The notes below the pieces were generated by a model. The model made no database searches. It was not told where the DNA came from and saw nothing but the letters and a program-made list of their open reading frames with translations. Made by a program: the position numbers and the translations under genes. A DNA stretch of 64,000 nt from an uncultured virus (IMG/VR IMGVR_UViG_3300025853_000054) (lineage: Duplodnaviria; Heunggongvirae; Uroviricota; Caudoviricetes): IMG/VR virus record IMGVR_UViG_3300025853_000054. The stretch is one strand, 5' to 3'. Shown one piece after another: positions 56,899 through 64,000 of this stretch. How positions within the stretch are numbered: position 1 is the stretch's first letter; each line of letters begins with the position of its first letter.

Positions 56899-57357
56899 AT
56901 GACAACATTTGATCAAAACTTCCACCAAAATATTATGAGCTCCAACCAACAAGATCTTATTGGTAATGATTATTTGTACAACAAAAACACAGGAAACATT
57001 GTAATGTCTGATTGTGAAAATGACGATATTAAAATTCCAGAATCCGTAGTTCGAGAATCGACTAATGGGTTTTGGAAATACGAAGAAGATGAAACCCTAA
57101 AAGAGATTCAAGATTATCTTTCAGGCACTTATAAATCTCACTATACTTCTAAAGAATCTAAAACCCAAACTCTTGATTTGATTGAGAGTATTGGTGATGC
57201 CGAACCATTTTGCCGATCAAATGCCATAAAATACCTTTCGCGTTTCGGTAAAAAGAACGGAAAATCCAAACTGGATATTCTAAAAGCAATCCATTATTGC
57301 ATTCTACTTTATCACTTCTCTGGTATTCATAGAAATACCAGCGACTATCCCTATTGA
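56899..57357 (+). CDS. DUF3310-like conserved phage protein; start uncertain
   Basis: HY..., FCRSNAIKYLSRFGKKNG and DILKAIHY motifs. Confidence 0.75.
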   Translation: MTTFDQNFHQNIMSSNQQDLIGNDYLYNKNTGNIVMSDCENDDIKIPESVVRESTNGFWKYEEDETLKEIQDYLSGTYKSHYTSKESKTQTLDLIESIGDAEPFCRSNAIKYLSRFGKKNGKSKLDILKAIHYCILLYHFSGIHRNTSDYPY

Positions 57358-57380
57358 TCATGAAACCGCGAGAATCAAAT

Positions 57381-58055
57381 ATGAAACTATCAAACAAAAC
57401 CGTTTCCATCCTAAAAAACTTTTCTAACATTAATGAATCTATTCTTTTTAAGAAAGGAAACACTTTAAGCACTATTTCTGTTATGCAAAATATTTTTGCT
57501 GAAGTTGAAATCGAAGAAGATATTCCTAAAGATTTTGGTATTTACGATCTAAGTCAGTTCTTGCAAACGCTTGACCTATATCAGTCTCCAGAACTTGATT
57601 TTACAAAAGAAGACTTTCTAGTCGTTCGTGAAGGTAAGTCCAAAACTAAATACTTTTTTGCTGATGCAAACGTAATCGTAACACCTCCCGAAGAACCAAT
57701 CAAAGTACCTGAATCAGACGTAACTTTTAATCTAACAACTGACCAGTTGACTAAGATTTTAAAAGCTGCAACTGTAATGCATCTTCCAGATCTATCAGTG
57801 ATTGGAGAAGCGGGAGTTGTAAAAATGGTTGCACGAGACAAAAGAAATGATACCTCAAATGATTACTCGATTGTAGTTGGAGAAACAAATCATACTTTTA
57901 CTTTTAACTATCGAGTAGAAAACCTTAAGATCCTTCCTGGGTCTTATACTGTGATGATTTCTAAAAAGTTTATTTCTAAGTTTGTTAGCAGTAATCACAA
58001 TCTATCTTACTTAATTGCTCTAGAACCTGATTCTTCTTTCGATGTGCTACAATAG
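57381..58055 (+). CDS. gp45: Sliding clamp gp45
   Basis: MKLS..T..ILKNFS.IN, FGIYDL..FL and YLIALE motifs. Confidence 0.95.
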   Translation: MKLSNKTVSILKNFSNINESILFKKGNTLSTISVMQNIFAEVEIEEDIPKDFGIYDLSQFLQTLDLYQSPELDFTKEDFLVVREGKSKTKYFFADANVIVTPPEEPIKVPESDVTFNLTTDQLTKILKAATVMHLPDLSVIGEAGVVKMVARDKRNDTSNDYSIVVGETNHTFTFNYRVENLKILPGSYTVMISKKFISKFVSSNHNLSYLIALEPDSSFDVLQ

Positions 58056-58102
58056 ATTGACCGTAGCGACGGTTTATTTGAACTAAAAAAAGACACTTTA
58101 TT

Positions 58103-59050
58103 ATGAAAAAAACTGACTTTCTTTGGGTTGAATCATATCGACCAAAGACTATTGAAGATTGCATCTTGCCTGAACATATTAAAGAAACGTTTCAAAGTTT
58201 CCTAAATAAGGGCGAAATACCAAACTTGCTACTATCTGGTCCTCCTGGCATCGGAAAAACCACAGTAGCAAAAGCACTTTGCCACCAACTGGGAGCAGAT
58301 TACTATGTCATTAATGGATCTGACGAGGGACGATTTTTGGACACGGTACGGAACCAAGCAAAAAACTTTGCATCGACCGTATCACTTCAAACGTCTTCTT
58401 CACACAAAGTCATCATCATTGACGAAGCAGATAACACAGGAAATGACGTACAACTTCTCTTACGGGCTAATATTGAGGCGTTTTATAGCAACTGTAGATT
58501 CATCTTTACATGTAACTACAAAAACAAGATCATTGAACCTCTTCAGTCCAGATGCGCCTGCATTGACTTCACAATCAAATCTAAAGAAAAACCCAAACTT
58601 GCTGCAGGTTTTTATCAACGCCTTCAAGGAATCTTACAAGAAAATCAAGTAGAGTATGAACCTAAAGTTTTAGGTCAGTTAATCAATACTCACTTTCCCG
58701 ATTGGCGTCGAGTATTAAATGAATGCCAACGATATTCTGTAGTTGGAAAGATTGATTCTGGCATTCTTGCTACGTTCTCTGATGTTTCTGTAAATGAACT
58801 TATCAAAAATCTCAAATCTAAAAACTTTACTGAAGTACGAAAGTGGGTCGTTAATAATCTGGATAATGATTCTGATGTACTTTTGCGTCGGATTTACGAT
58901 GCTCTTACTACATCCCTTGAAAACAATAGCATTCCTGCTGCTGTGCTTATTATTGCTAAGTATCAGTATCAGATTGCGTTTGTAGCAGATCAAGAAATTA
59001 ATCTTCTGGCGGCGTTGACTGAACTTATGGTGGAGTGTGATTTCCGATGA
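58103..59050 (+). CDS. gp44: Clamp loader large subunit gp44
   Basis: YRPKTIEDCILP, GPPGIGKTT, IIDEAD and LQSRC motifs. Confidence 0.97.
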   Translation: MKKTDFLWVESYRPKTIEDCILPEHIKETFQSFLNKGEIPNLLLSGPPGIGKTTVAKALCHQLGADYYVINGSDEGRFLDTVRNQAKNFASTVSLQTSSSHKVIIIDEADNTGNDVQLLLRANIEAFYSNCRFIFTCNYKNKIIEPLQSRCACIDFTIKSKEKPKLAAGFYQRLQGILQENQVEYEPKVLGQLINTHFPDWRRVLNECQRYSVVGKIDSGILATFSDVSVNELIKNLKSKNFTEVRKWVVNNLDNDSDVLLRRIYDALTTSLENNSIPAAVLIIAKYQYQIAFVADQEINLLAALTELMVECDFR

Positions 59051-59229
59051 AAAACAAAAGTCACCAGGTTAAGTCCAGAATGTATTATTACTTCTGGGGG
59101 GTTTGTACAGTTGCCGTAGTTGCTGGTCAACTTTATGTCGGTGCTGGATATCGTGTTATGGCAGAAAGTGTAAATAGACTTACTAATAGTTTTGTAGAGG
59201 TGCTTGATGGGACTACTGAATATCGATAA
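59047..59229 (+). CDS. Small membrane protein, 60 aa
   Basis: One hydrophobic segment; ATGA overlap with gp44. Confidence 0.7.
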   Translation: MKNKSHQVKSRMYYYFWGVCTVAVVAGQLYVGAGYRVMAESVNRLTNSFVEVLDGTTEYR

Positions 59230-59440
59230 AACTAAACTTGTAGAACCAAGAGTGAAAACTACTCCTGAGAATGTGCAAGAGGCAAATGAGGCATTGTTTC
59301 GTGCTAAAATGACTCTACCTACTGCCGCAAAACATTGTGGTATGACTAAGAAGGAAATGAAAATGACCTTCCTTGAATACTTGAAGTATCACCCTAAAGA
59401 TTATGAAAATAACGAGTTGCCTCCTATAAATAAAGACTGA
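59204..59440 (+). CDS. Hypothetical protein with an HTH-like motif
   Basis: MTLPTAAKHCGMTKKEMK. Confidence 0.7.
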   Translation: MMGLLNIDKTKLVEPRVKTTPENVQEANEALFRAKMTLPTAAKHCGMTKKEMKMTFLEYLKYHPKDYENNELPPINKD

Positions 59441-59441
59441 T

Positions 59442-60293
59442 ATGGTTAGTTTGAAACAACTTAAAACGATGTTGCGCTACCCTGGCGGCAAGAGCAGGGC
59501 AGTCGCCAAGATGGATCCATACTTTCCAGATCTACGAAACTATAAAGAATACCGAGAACCATTTCTTGGTGGTGGAAGTGTTGCGATTCACATTGCAAAG
59601 AAATACCCATCTTTAGATATTTGGGTTAATGACTTATACAATCCATTATATACCTTTTGGTGTATTCTCCGAGATAAACCTCAGGATCTATATGAGTGTA
59701 TTAAAGAAACGAAAGCAGAACACAATACACCAGAACTTGCCAGAAAACTATTTGAAGAAAGCAAGGTCTCTTTAAATCATGAAGAGACGTGGGATTTTTA
59801 TCGTGCAGTTGCTTTTTATATTATTAATAAGTGTAGTTTCTCTGGGTTAACTGAAAATTCTTCCTTCTCTCCACAGGCAAGCGAAAGTAACTTCTCTATG
59901 AGAGGGATTGAAAAACTGCCAGAGTATTCCAAGATTATTAAAGATTGGAAGATTACTAACTTATCTTATGAAAAACTACTTACTGACGACAAAGAGTGCT
60001 TTATCTACCTCGATCCCCCCTATGAGATCGGAAGTAATCTGTATGGTAAACGTGGGTCAATGCATAAGTCCTTTGATCATGATCAGTTTGCTCTGGACTG
60101 TGATCGTTATACTGCTCCTCAACTTATATCCTACAACTCATCGCAACTGATTCGTGATCGTTTTAAGGATTGGGATGCTTCTGAGTTTGATCTTACTTAT
60201 ACGATGAGATCTGTAGGCGACTATATGCGAGAGCAGAAGGATAGAAAAGAACTTATTTTGTTTAACTATGAAATGTCAAGTAAAGTTGTATAA
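59442..60293 (+). CDS. dam: DNA adenine methyltransferase (Dam/D12 class)
   Basis: RYPGGKS, EPFLGGGSV and YLDPPY motifs. Confidence 0.93.
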   Translation: MVSLKQLKTMLRYPGGKSRAVAKMDPYFPDLRNYKEYREPFLGGGSVAIHIAKKYPSLDIWVNDLYNPLYTFWCILRDKPQDLYECIKETKAEHNTPELARKLFEESKVSLNHEETWDFYRAVAFYIINKCSFSGLTENSSFSPQASESNFSMRGIEKLPEYSKIIKDWKITNLSYEKLLTDDKECFIYLDPPYEIGSNLYGKRGSMHKSFDHDQFALDCDRYTAPQLISYNSSQLIRDRFKDWDASEFDLTYTMRSVGDYMREQKDRKELILFNYEMSSKVV

Positions 60294-60411
60294 AGCAGGG
60301 CAAGTCTTTGCTGAAGAAGTAGTCGCAACAGATTATCAAGATGCAAAAAATGTTGCCCTTGCTCGTAATCCAGGTGCAAAAGTTGTAAGCGTTACTGCCG
60401 TATTTAAATAA
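60268..60411 (+). CDS. Hypothetical protein, 47 aa (MKCQVKLYKAGQVF...ARNPGAKVVSVTAVFK); not in the ORF track
   Basis: TAATG coupling to gp62. Confidence 0.75.
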   Translation: MKCQVKLYKAGQVFAEEVVATDYQDAKNVALARNPGAKVVSVTAVFK

Positions 60412-60803
60412 TGGAACTAAAAGATTGGTTGAATTCTGTTAATCATCTCAAGAATAATCTTGTTGAAAATCCTTCGGATGCAAAAGATTATCCACCTTTT
60501 ATTGTGAACAAATGTCTTTCCTCTCATGTGGATTCTTTGATTCATTCAAATCAAATGAATATGTATCATCATTTGCCAAAAGACATGCAGTATAGTTATT
60601 ATCTACATGCTCTTAGAGTAAAAAAAAGATTTTCTCCTTGGTTAAAGAAAGAGAAAGTTGATAATCTGGACGCCATCAAAAAATATTATGGTTATAGTGA
60701 CCAAAAAGCACATCAAGTTTTGAAAATACTAAATAGTAAACAGATCGACATTATAAAATCTAAACTTGAAACTGGTGGGAAAAATGGAAAATCAAATTGT
60801 TGA
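60411..60803 (+). CDS. gp62: Clamp loader small subunit gp62
   Basis: YPPFIVNKCLS, KRFSPW and KKYYGYS motifs; precedes regA. Confidence 0.92.
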   Translation: MELKDWLNSVNHLKNNLVENPSDAKDYPPFIVNKCLSSHVDSLIHSNQMNMYHHLPKDMQYSYYLHALRVKKRFSPWLKKEKVDNLDAIKKYYGYSDQKAHQVLKILNSKQIDIIKSKLETGGKNGKSNC

Positions 60804-61224
60804 ACCTCAGGTGAACTGGAACCCTGGGATGATGATTGAAATAACTTTGGGAGAACCTGATGATTTTCTAAAAGTTCGTGAAACTTTGACTCGTATTGGA
60901 GTTGCTTCTAGGAAAGAGAAAAAGCTTTATCAGAGTGCTCACATTCTCCATAAACAGGGCAAATATTATATTACTCATTTTAAGGAGTTGTTTGCTCTTG
61001 ATGGCAAGAACACGAACCTTACTGTCGATGATCTTCAGAGAAGAAATAGGATTGTAAAACTATTATTTGATTGGGGATTAGTTGATGTAGTAAATCCAGA
61101 GATGATTACTGACATTGCTCCTTTAAATCAAATCAAAGTTCTTCCTTATAAGGAAAAAAGTGAATGGATTCTTGAGCAAAAATATAATATTGGGAAAAAA
61201 GTTAAGACAACTGAAAATACCTAA
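60784..61224 (+). CDS. regA: Translational repressor RegA
   Basis: DDFLKVRETLTRIG and HILHKQGKYYITHFKELFALDG motifs. Confidence 0.97.
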   Translation: MENQIVEPQVNWNPGMMIEITLGEPDDFLKVRETLTRIGVASRKEKKLYQSAHILHKQGKYYITHFKELFALDGKNTNLTVDDLQRRNRIVKLLFDWGLVDVVNPEMITDIAPLNQIKVLPYKEKSEWILEQKYNIGKKVKTTENT

Positions 61225-61230
61225 ATAAAA

Positions 61231-61308
61231 CTGAGACCTTTCGTGCGGTCTCTACGAAAGTCGGAACACCCTATAAAGAGGTACGGTTTTTTCCGTTCCT
61301 CTTTTTTT
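61231..61308 (+). ncRNA. Candidate structured RNA plus terminator downstream of regA
   Basis: TAAATA upstream; alternative hairpins; aagagg-acgg/ccgt-cctctt stem with T tract. Confidence 0.4.
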
Positions 61309-61349
61309 ATTGTCTTGTATTTTATAAATAACTAAAAAGTATTTGTAAG

Positions 61350-61802
61350 ATGGACGCACAAGAACTTCGCAATCTACAAGAAGCATACCTAGATGTTTAT
61401 ATTCAAGATGTATCTTATGTTGATTTGAATGAGTCCATGCTTGATGATTTGATGTCTAAATCTAGTGAGTTGGAAGCAAGGCGGGGCGCTGCTTCTGATA
61501 GAGCGTTAGGAAGAATTAGAAAAATGAGAGCAACATTGGGCGATACATCTCCCGCTAAGCCATCTTCGAAACCATCTAAACCTGGTAGCAGTAAGAAAAA
61601 ATTGGAAAAACTCAAAAATACCTTGGATGCTGCCCAAAAAGAAATGAATAGACAAGACGCCGAAAGTCAAAAAGAAGATCTAGATCTCTATGGCATCATC
61701 CTTTCACACTTACTTGATGAAGGATATGCTGAAACACCAGAAGCAGCAGAAGCGATTATGGTGAATATGAGTGAAGAGTGGAGAGATAGTATTATTGGTT
61801 GA
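61350..61802 (+). CDS. Hypothetical late protein, possibly an internal head protein
   Basis: TATAAATA upstream; LQEAYLDVY N-terminus and LLDEGYA..MSEEW C-terminus. Confidence 0.8.
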   Translation: MDAQELRNLQEAYLDVYIQDVSYVDLNESMLDDLMSKSSELEARRGAASDRALGRIRKMRATLGDTSPAKPSSKPSKPGSSKKKLEKLKNTLDAAQKEMNRQDAESQKEDLDLYGIILSHLLDEGYAETPEAAEAIMVNMSEEWRDSIIG

Positions 61803-61939
61803 TAAATAATAGTGCTTGTTTGTGGTTATTCAAGCAAAGAGATTTGAAGTTTTCTCCCGGAACATTTGGAAGACCTGTTAAGAATAGTGTAGTAAAAACC
61901 ACACTTGAAAAATAATACAAACTAATATAAATTATTAAT

Positions 61940-61993
61940 GATCGCCTTATAGGGATCACACAATCAAACCTCGCTTTTAAAGGAGCTACAATA
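61940..61993 (+). promoter_or_regulatory. ROSE-like RNA thermometer candidate in the hsp20 5' UTR
   Basis: UCGCU (61971-61975) can pair with SD AGGAG (61981-61985) with a bulged G; upstream hairpin at 61940-61957. Confidence 0.5.
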
Positions 61994-62428
61994 ATGACTA
62001 ACCTCACAAGGTATACTGCTGCGGATCTTCCTACCCTGTTAGATAAGATTTCAAAAAACAGTATTGGTATGAATGAGTACCTAAATAGAGTGTTCGACTT
62101 GCATGAAACAACATCGAACTATCCCCCCTACAATATAGTTCAGGTCAGCAATGTAGAATCCCGACTTGAACTTGCTCTTGCAGGATTTCGGAAGGCAGAA
62201 GTCAATGTCTACACACAAGATGGTAAACTCTTTATTGAAGGTCAGAAAGAAGATAAAGAAACGGAAACTAACTACTTGCACAAAGGTCTGGCTCAACGGT
62301 CGTTTACACGTGCCTGGACTCTCAGTGACGACACGGAAGTTAGATCAGTTACTTTTGAAGATGGGTTACTAAGTATTACTCTTGGTAAGATTGTTCCTGA
62401 ACATCATAATCGTAAGGATTATCTATAA
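61994..62428 (+). CDS. hsp20: Small heat shock protein (Hsp20/IbpA family)
   Basis: NYPPYNI, LALAGF, YLHKGLAQRSF and FEDGLL motifs. Confidence 0.96.
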   Translation: MTNLTRYTAADLPTLLDKISKNSIGMNEYLNRVFDLHETTSNYPPYNIVQVSNVESRLELALAGFRKAEVNVYTQDGKLFIEGQKEDKETETNYLHKGLAQRSFTRAWTLSDDTEVRSVTFEDGLLSITLGKIVPEHHNRKDYL

Positions 62429-62457
62429 ATAAAACTGAATATCGTCGCGCTGTGCTA

Positions 62458-62501
62458 CGGGAGGTAACTGGCAAAATCCAGTTGACACCTCCCATTTTTT
62501 T
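62458..62501 (+). terminator. Long bulged hairpin terminator overlapping a TTGACA-N18-TAAAAT promoter (62482-62511)
   Basis: gggaggt-aactgg/ccagtt-gac-acctccc followed by a T tract. Confidence 0.7.
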
Positions 62502-62536
62502 GTGCTAAAATGCTTAGGTAAGACTAATGATTGGTT

Positions 62537-62890
62537 ATGGCAGTTAAACTGTGTGCAATGCGATCTGGCGAAAAAGTGATCGCTAATGTTATGGATATGA
62601 TTAGTCAAGATGGTGTTCTTGTAGGATATAACCTAGACAGACCTTTTTTGGTTATGTTTGCTCCAAAGAAACCCTCTGATGAAGAACAGTCAGAGACTGA
62701 GTTTAAGATTGGGATCACGCCTTGGATTCCTCTTACCAGAGATAGGATTATTTCAGTTCCTTTGGATGAAGTTATTACGCAAGTAAATCCTATTGAAAAT
62801 CTATTAAATATTTACGAAAAAGGAGTGTATGGAGATGGAGATCAAACTTTTAGTTCTGATGAACAATCAAGTTCTAGTATCCCAAGTTGA
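62537..62890 (+). CDS. Hypothetical protein, Sm-like pattern
   Basis: MAVKL..MRSGEKVIA..PWIPL. Confidence 0.8.
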   Translation: MAVKLCAMRSGEKVIANVMDMISQDGVLVGYNLDRPFLVMFAPKKPSDEEQSETEFKIGITPWIPLTRDRIISVPLDEVITQVNPIENLLNIYEKGVYGDGDQTFSSDEQSSSSIPS

Positions 62891-63089
62891 AGCGGTCGGG
62901 GCAGAGATTGGTGAACCTGATTGTAAACTGATTGAACCATTTCTTCTGGATAAAAATGATTTAACCTTGAGTCCATGGTTGATTGATTTTACAACAACTA
63001 ATGAATATAAAATCCATTCTGATAAAATCTTAGCAATGGCAGATCCAAAACCAACGATTTTAGAAAAATACCAAAACCTTATTAAATGA
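62829..63089 (+). CDS. Hypothetical protein
   Basis: GEPDCKLIEPF motif; ATGA overlap with gp43. Confidence 0.8.
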   Translation: MEMEIKLLVLMNNQVLVSQVEAVGAEIGEPDCKLIEPFLLDKNDLTLSPWLIDFTTTNEYKIHSDKILAMADPKPTILEKYQNLIK

Positions 63090-64000
63090 AGTTCTATACA
63101 AACGTTCAAATGATCGGCAACAAGTTTCTTGTTCGCGGATATGAAGACGGTAAGCATGTTATTTTCAAAGAGGAGTATTTTCCCACTCTTTACATCAAGT
63201 CCAATAAAGAATCAAAATACAAAACTCTTGAAGGTGAATATGTTGAATCTGTTAATCCAGGTACAGTAAAAGATTGTAGAGAATTTTATTCTAAGTATGA
63301 AAATGTTGAGGGATTTAAAATCTACGGCAATGATAGATATATCTATCAGTATATTTCAGACAAATATCCAGAAGATGAAATCAAGTTTGATATCACTAAA
63401 ATCAAACTTGTAACCTTGGATATTGAGGTTGGGTCTGAGAATGGATTTCCAGATCCTAAAGTTGCAGACCAAGAGATTCTTTTGATTACAGTTCAAGACT
63501 ATGCAACAAAACAAATCACTACATGGGGCAATGGTAGTTTTGACAATAAACAAAAGAATGTAACTTATCGACAGTTTAATACTGAGTATGATCTTCTAAA
63601 TGATTTTCTTTCTGTTTGGGAGAACTCTCATCCAGAAGTAATCACTGGGTGGAATGTTCAGTTTTTCGATATTCCATTCATTTATTCCAGACTAGAAAAA
63701 GTTCTTGGAGAAAAGAGGGCAAAGTCATTTTCTCCTTGGGGTTTGGTCAGTCGAAGAGAAGTTTTTATCAATAACAGGCAAAATGTTGCCATGGATGTTG
63801 GTGGAATCACTCAACTAGATTATCTTGATCTTTACAAAAAGTTTACTTATAAAGCACAAGAATCATATCGTCTTGACCATATTGCTAATGTAGAACTTGG
63901 TGCTAAGAAGCTAGATCACTCTGAGTTTGATACGTTTAAGGATTTCTATACAAATGGGTGGCAAAAGTTTGTAGAGTATAATATTGTTGACGTGGAACTT
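63086..64000 (+). CDS. gp43: Family B DNA polymerase gp43, N-terminal and exonuclease part; runs off the window
   Basis: MKFYTNV, ExoI LDIEV, ExoII GWNVQFFDIPF, LDYLDLYKKF, SYRLDHIA and YNIVDV motifs. Confidence 0.97.
   Translation, partial: MKFYTNVQMIGNKFLVRGYEDGKHVIFKEEYFPTLYIKSNKESKYKTLEGEYVESVNPGTVKDCREFYSKYENVEGFKIYGNDRYIYQYISDKYPEDEIKFDITKIKLVTLDIEVGSENGFPDPKVADQEILLITVQDYATKQITTWGNGSFDNKQKNVTYRQFNTEYDLLNDFLSVWENSHPEVITGWNVQFFDIPFIYSRLEKVLGEKRAKSFSPWGLVSRREVFINNRQNVAMDVGGITQLDYLDLYKKFTYKAQESYRLDHIANVELGAKKLDHSEFDTFKDFYTNGWQKFVEYNIVDVEL

Noticed and set aside
61233..61260. H-type pseudoknot
   Set aside because: The connecting loop would be about 1 nt, too short to span the 6-bp stem; alternative hairpins are more plausible
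1537..63553. Minus-strand and nested alternative-frame ORFs in the track
   Set aside because: Nearly all overlap well-supported plus-strand genes and none shows a recognisable motif; treated as shadow ORFs
1..64000. tRNA, rRNA or photosynthesis genes (psbA, hli)
   Set aside because: No cloverleaf or recognisable sequence was seen; a tRNAscan/Infernal run would be needed to exclude divergent RNAs

Overview
This window is part of a T4-like cyanophage (Kyanoviridae-type myovirus) genome, and essentially all credible genes lie on the + strand. (1) Bases 1-3650 are an accessory/early island. It holds tiny ORFs, repeated sigma70-type promoter and stem-loop cassettes, two tandem-repeat arrays, and an origin-like cluster (AT-rich tract, three perfect TTTTCCACA boxes, nine 32-33 bp repeats). 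(2) Bases 5.7-47.2 kb are the virion module: gp25, gp6, a giant gp7, gp8, a 2573-aa structural protein, gp13-gp23 and gp3. (3) Bases 47.2-64 kb cover recombination, transcription and replication: uvsY, uvsW, gp55, gp47, gp46, a zincin-vWA plus MoxR/CobS pair, gp45, gp44, Dam, gp62, regA, hsp20 and the 5' part of gp43. The strongest leads are an oriC-like DnaA-box/iteron locus, a small basic ORF with an intrinsic terminator before its stop codon (nonstop-mRNA, ribosome-rescue-like logic), a ROSE-like thermometer on hsp20, and an unlisted NblA-like ORF before gp13. All homology calls are by eye from motifs and gene order; no searches were run.
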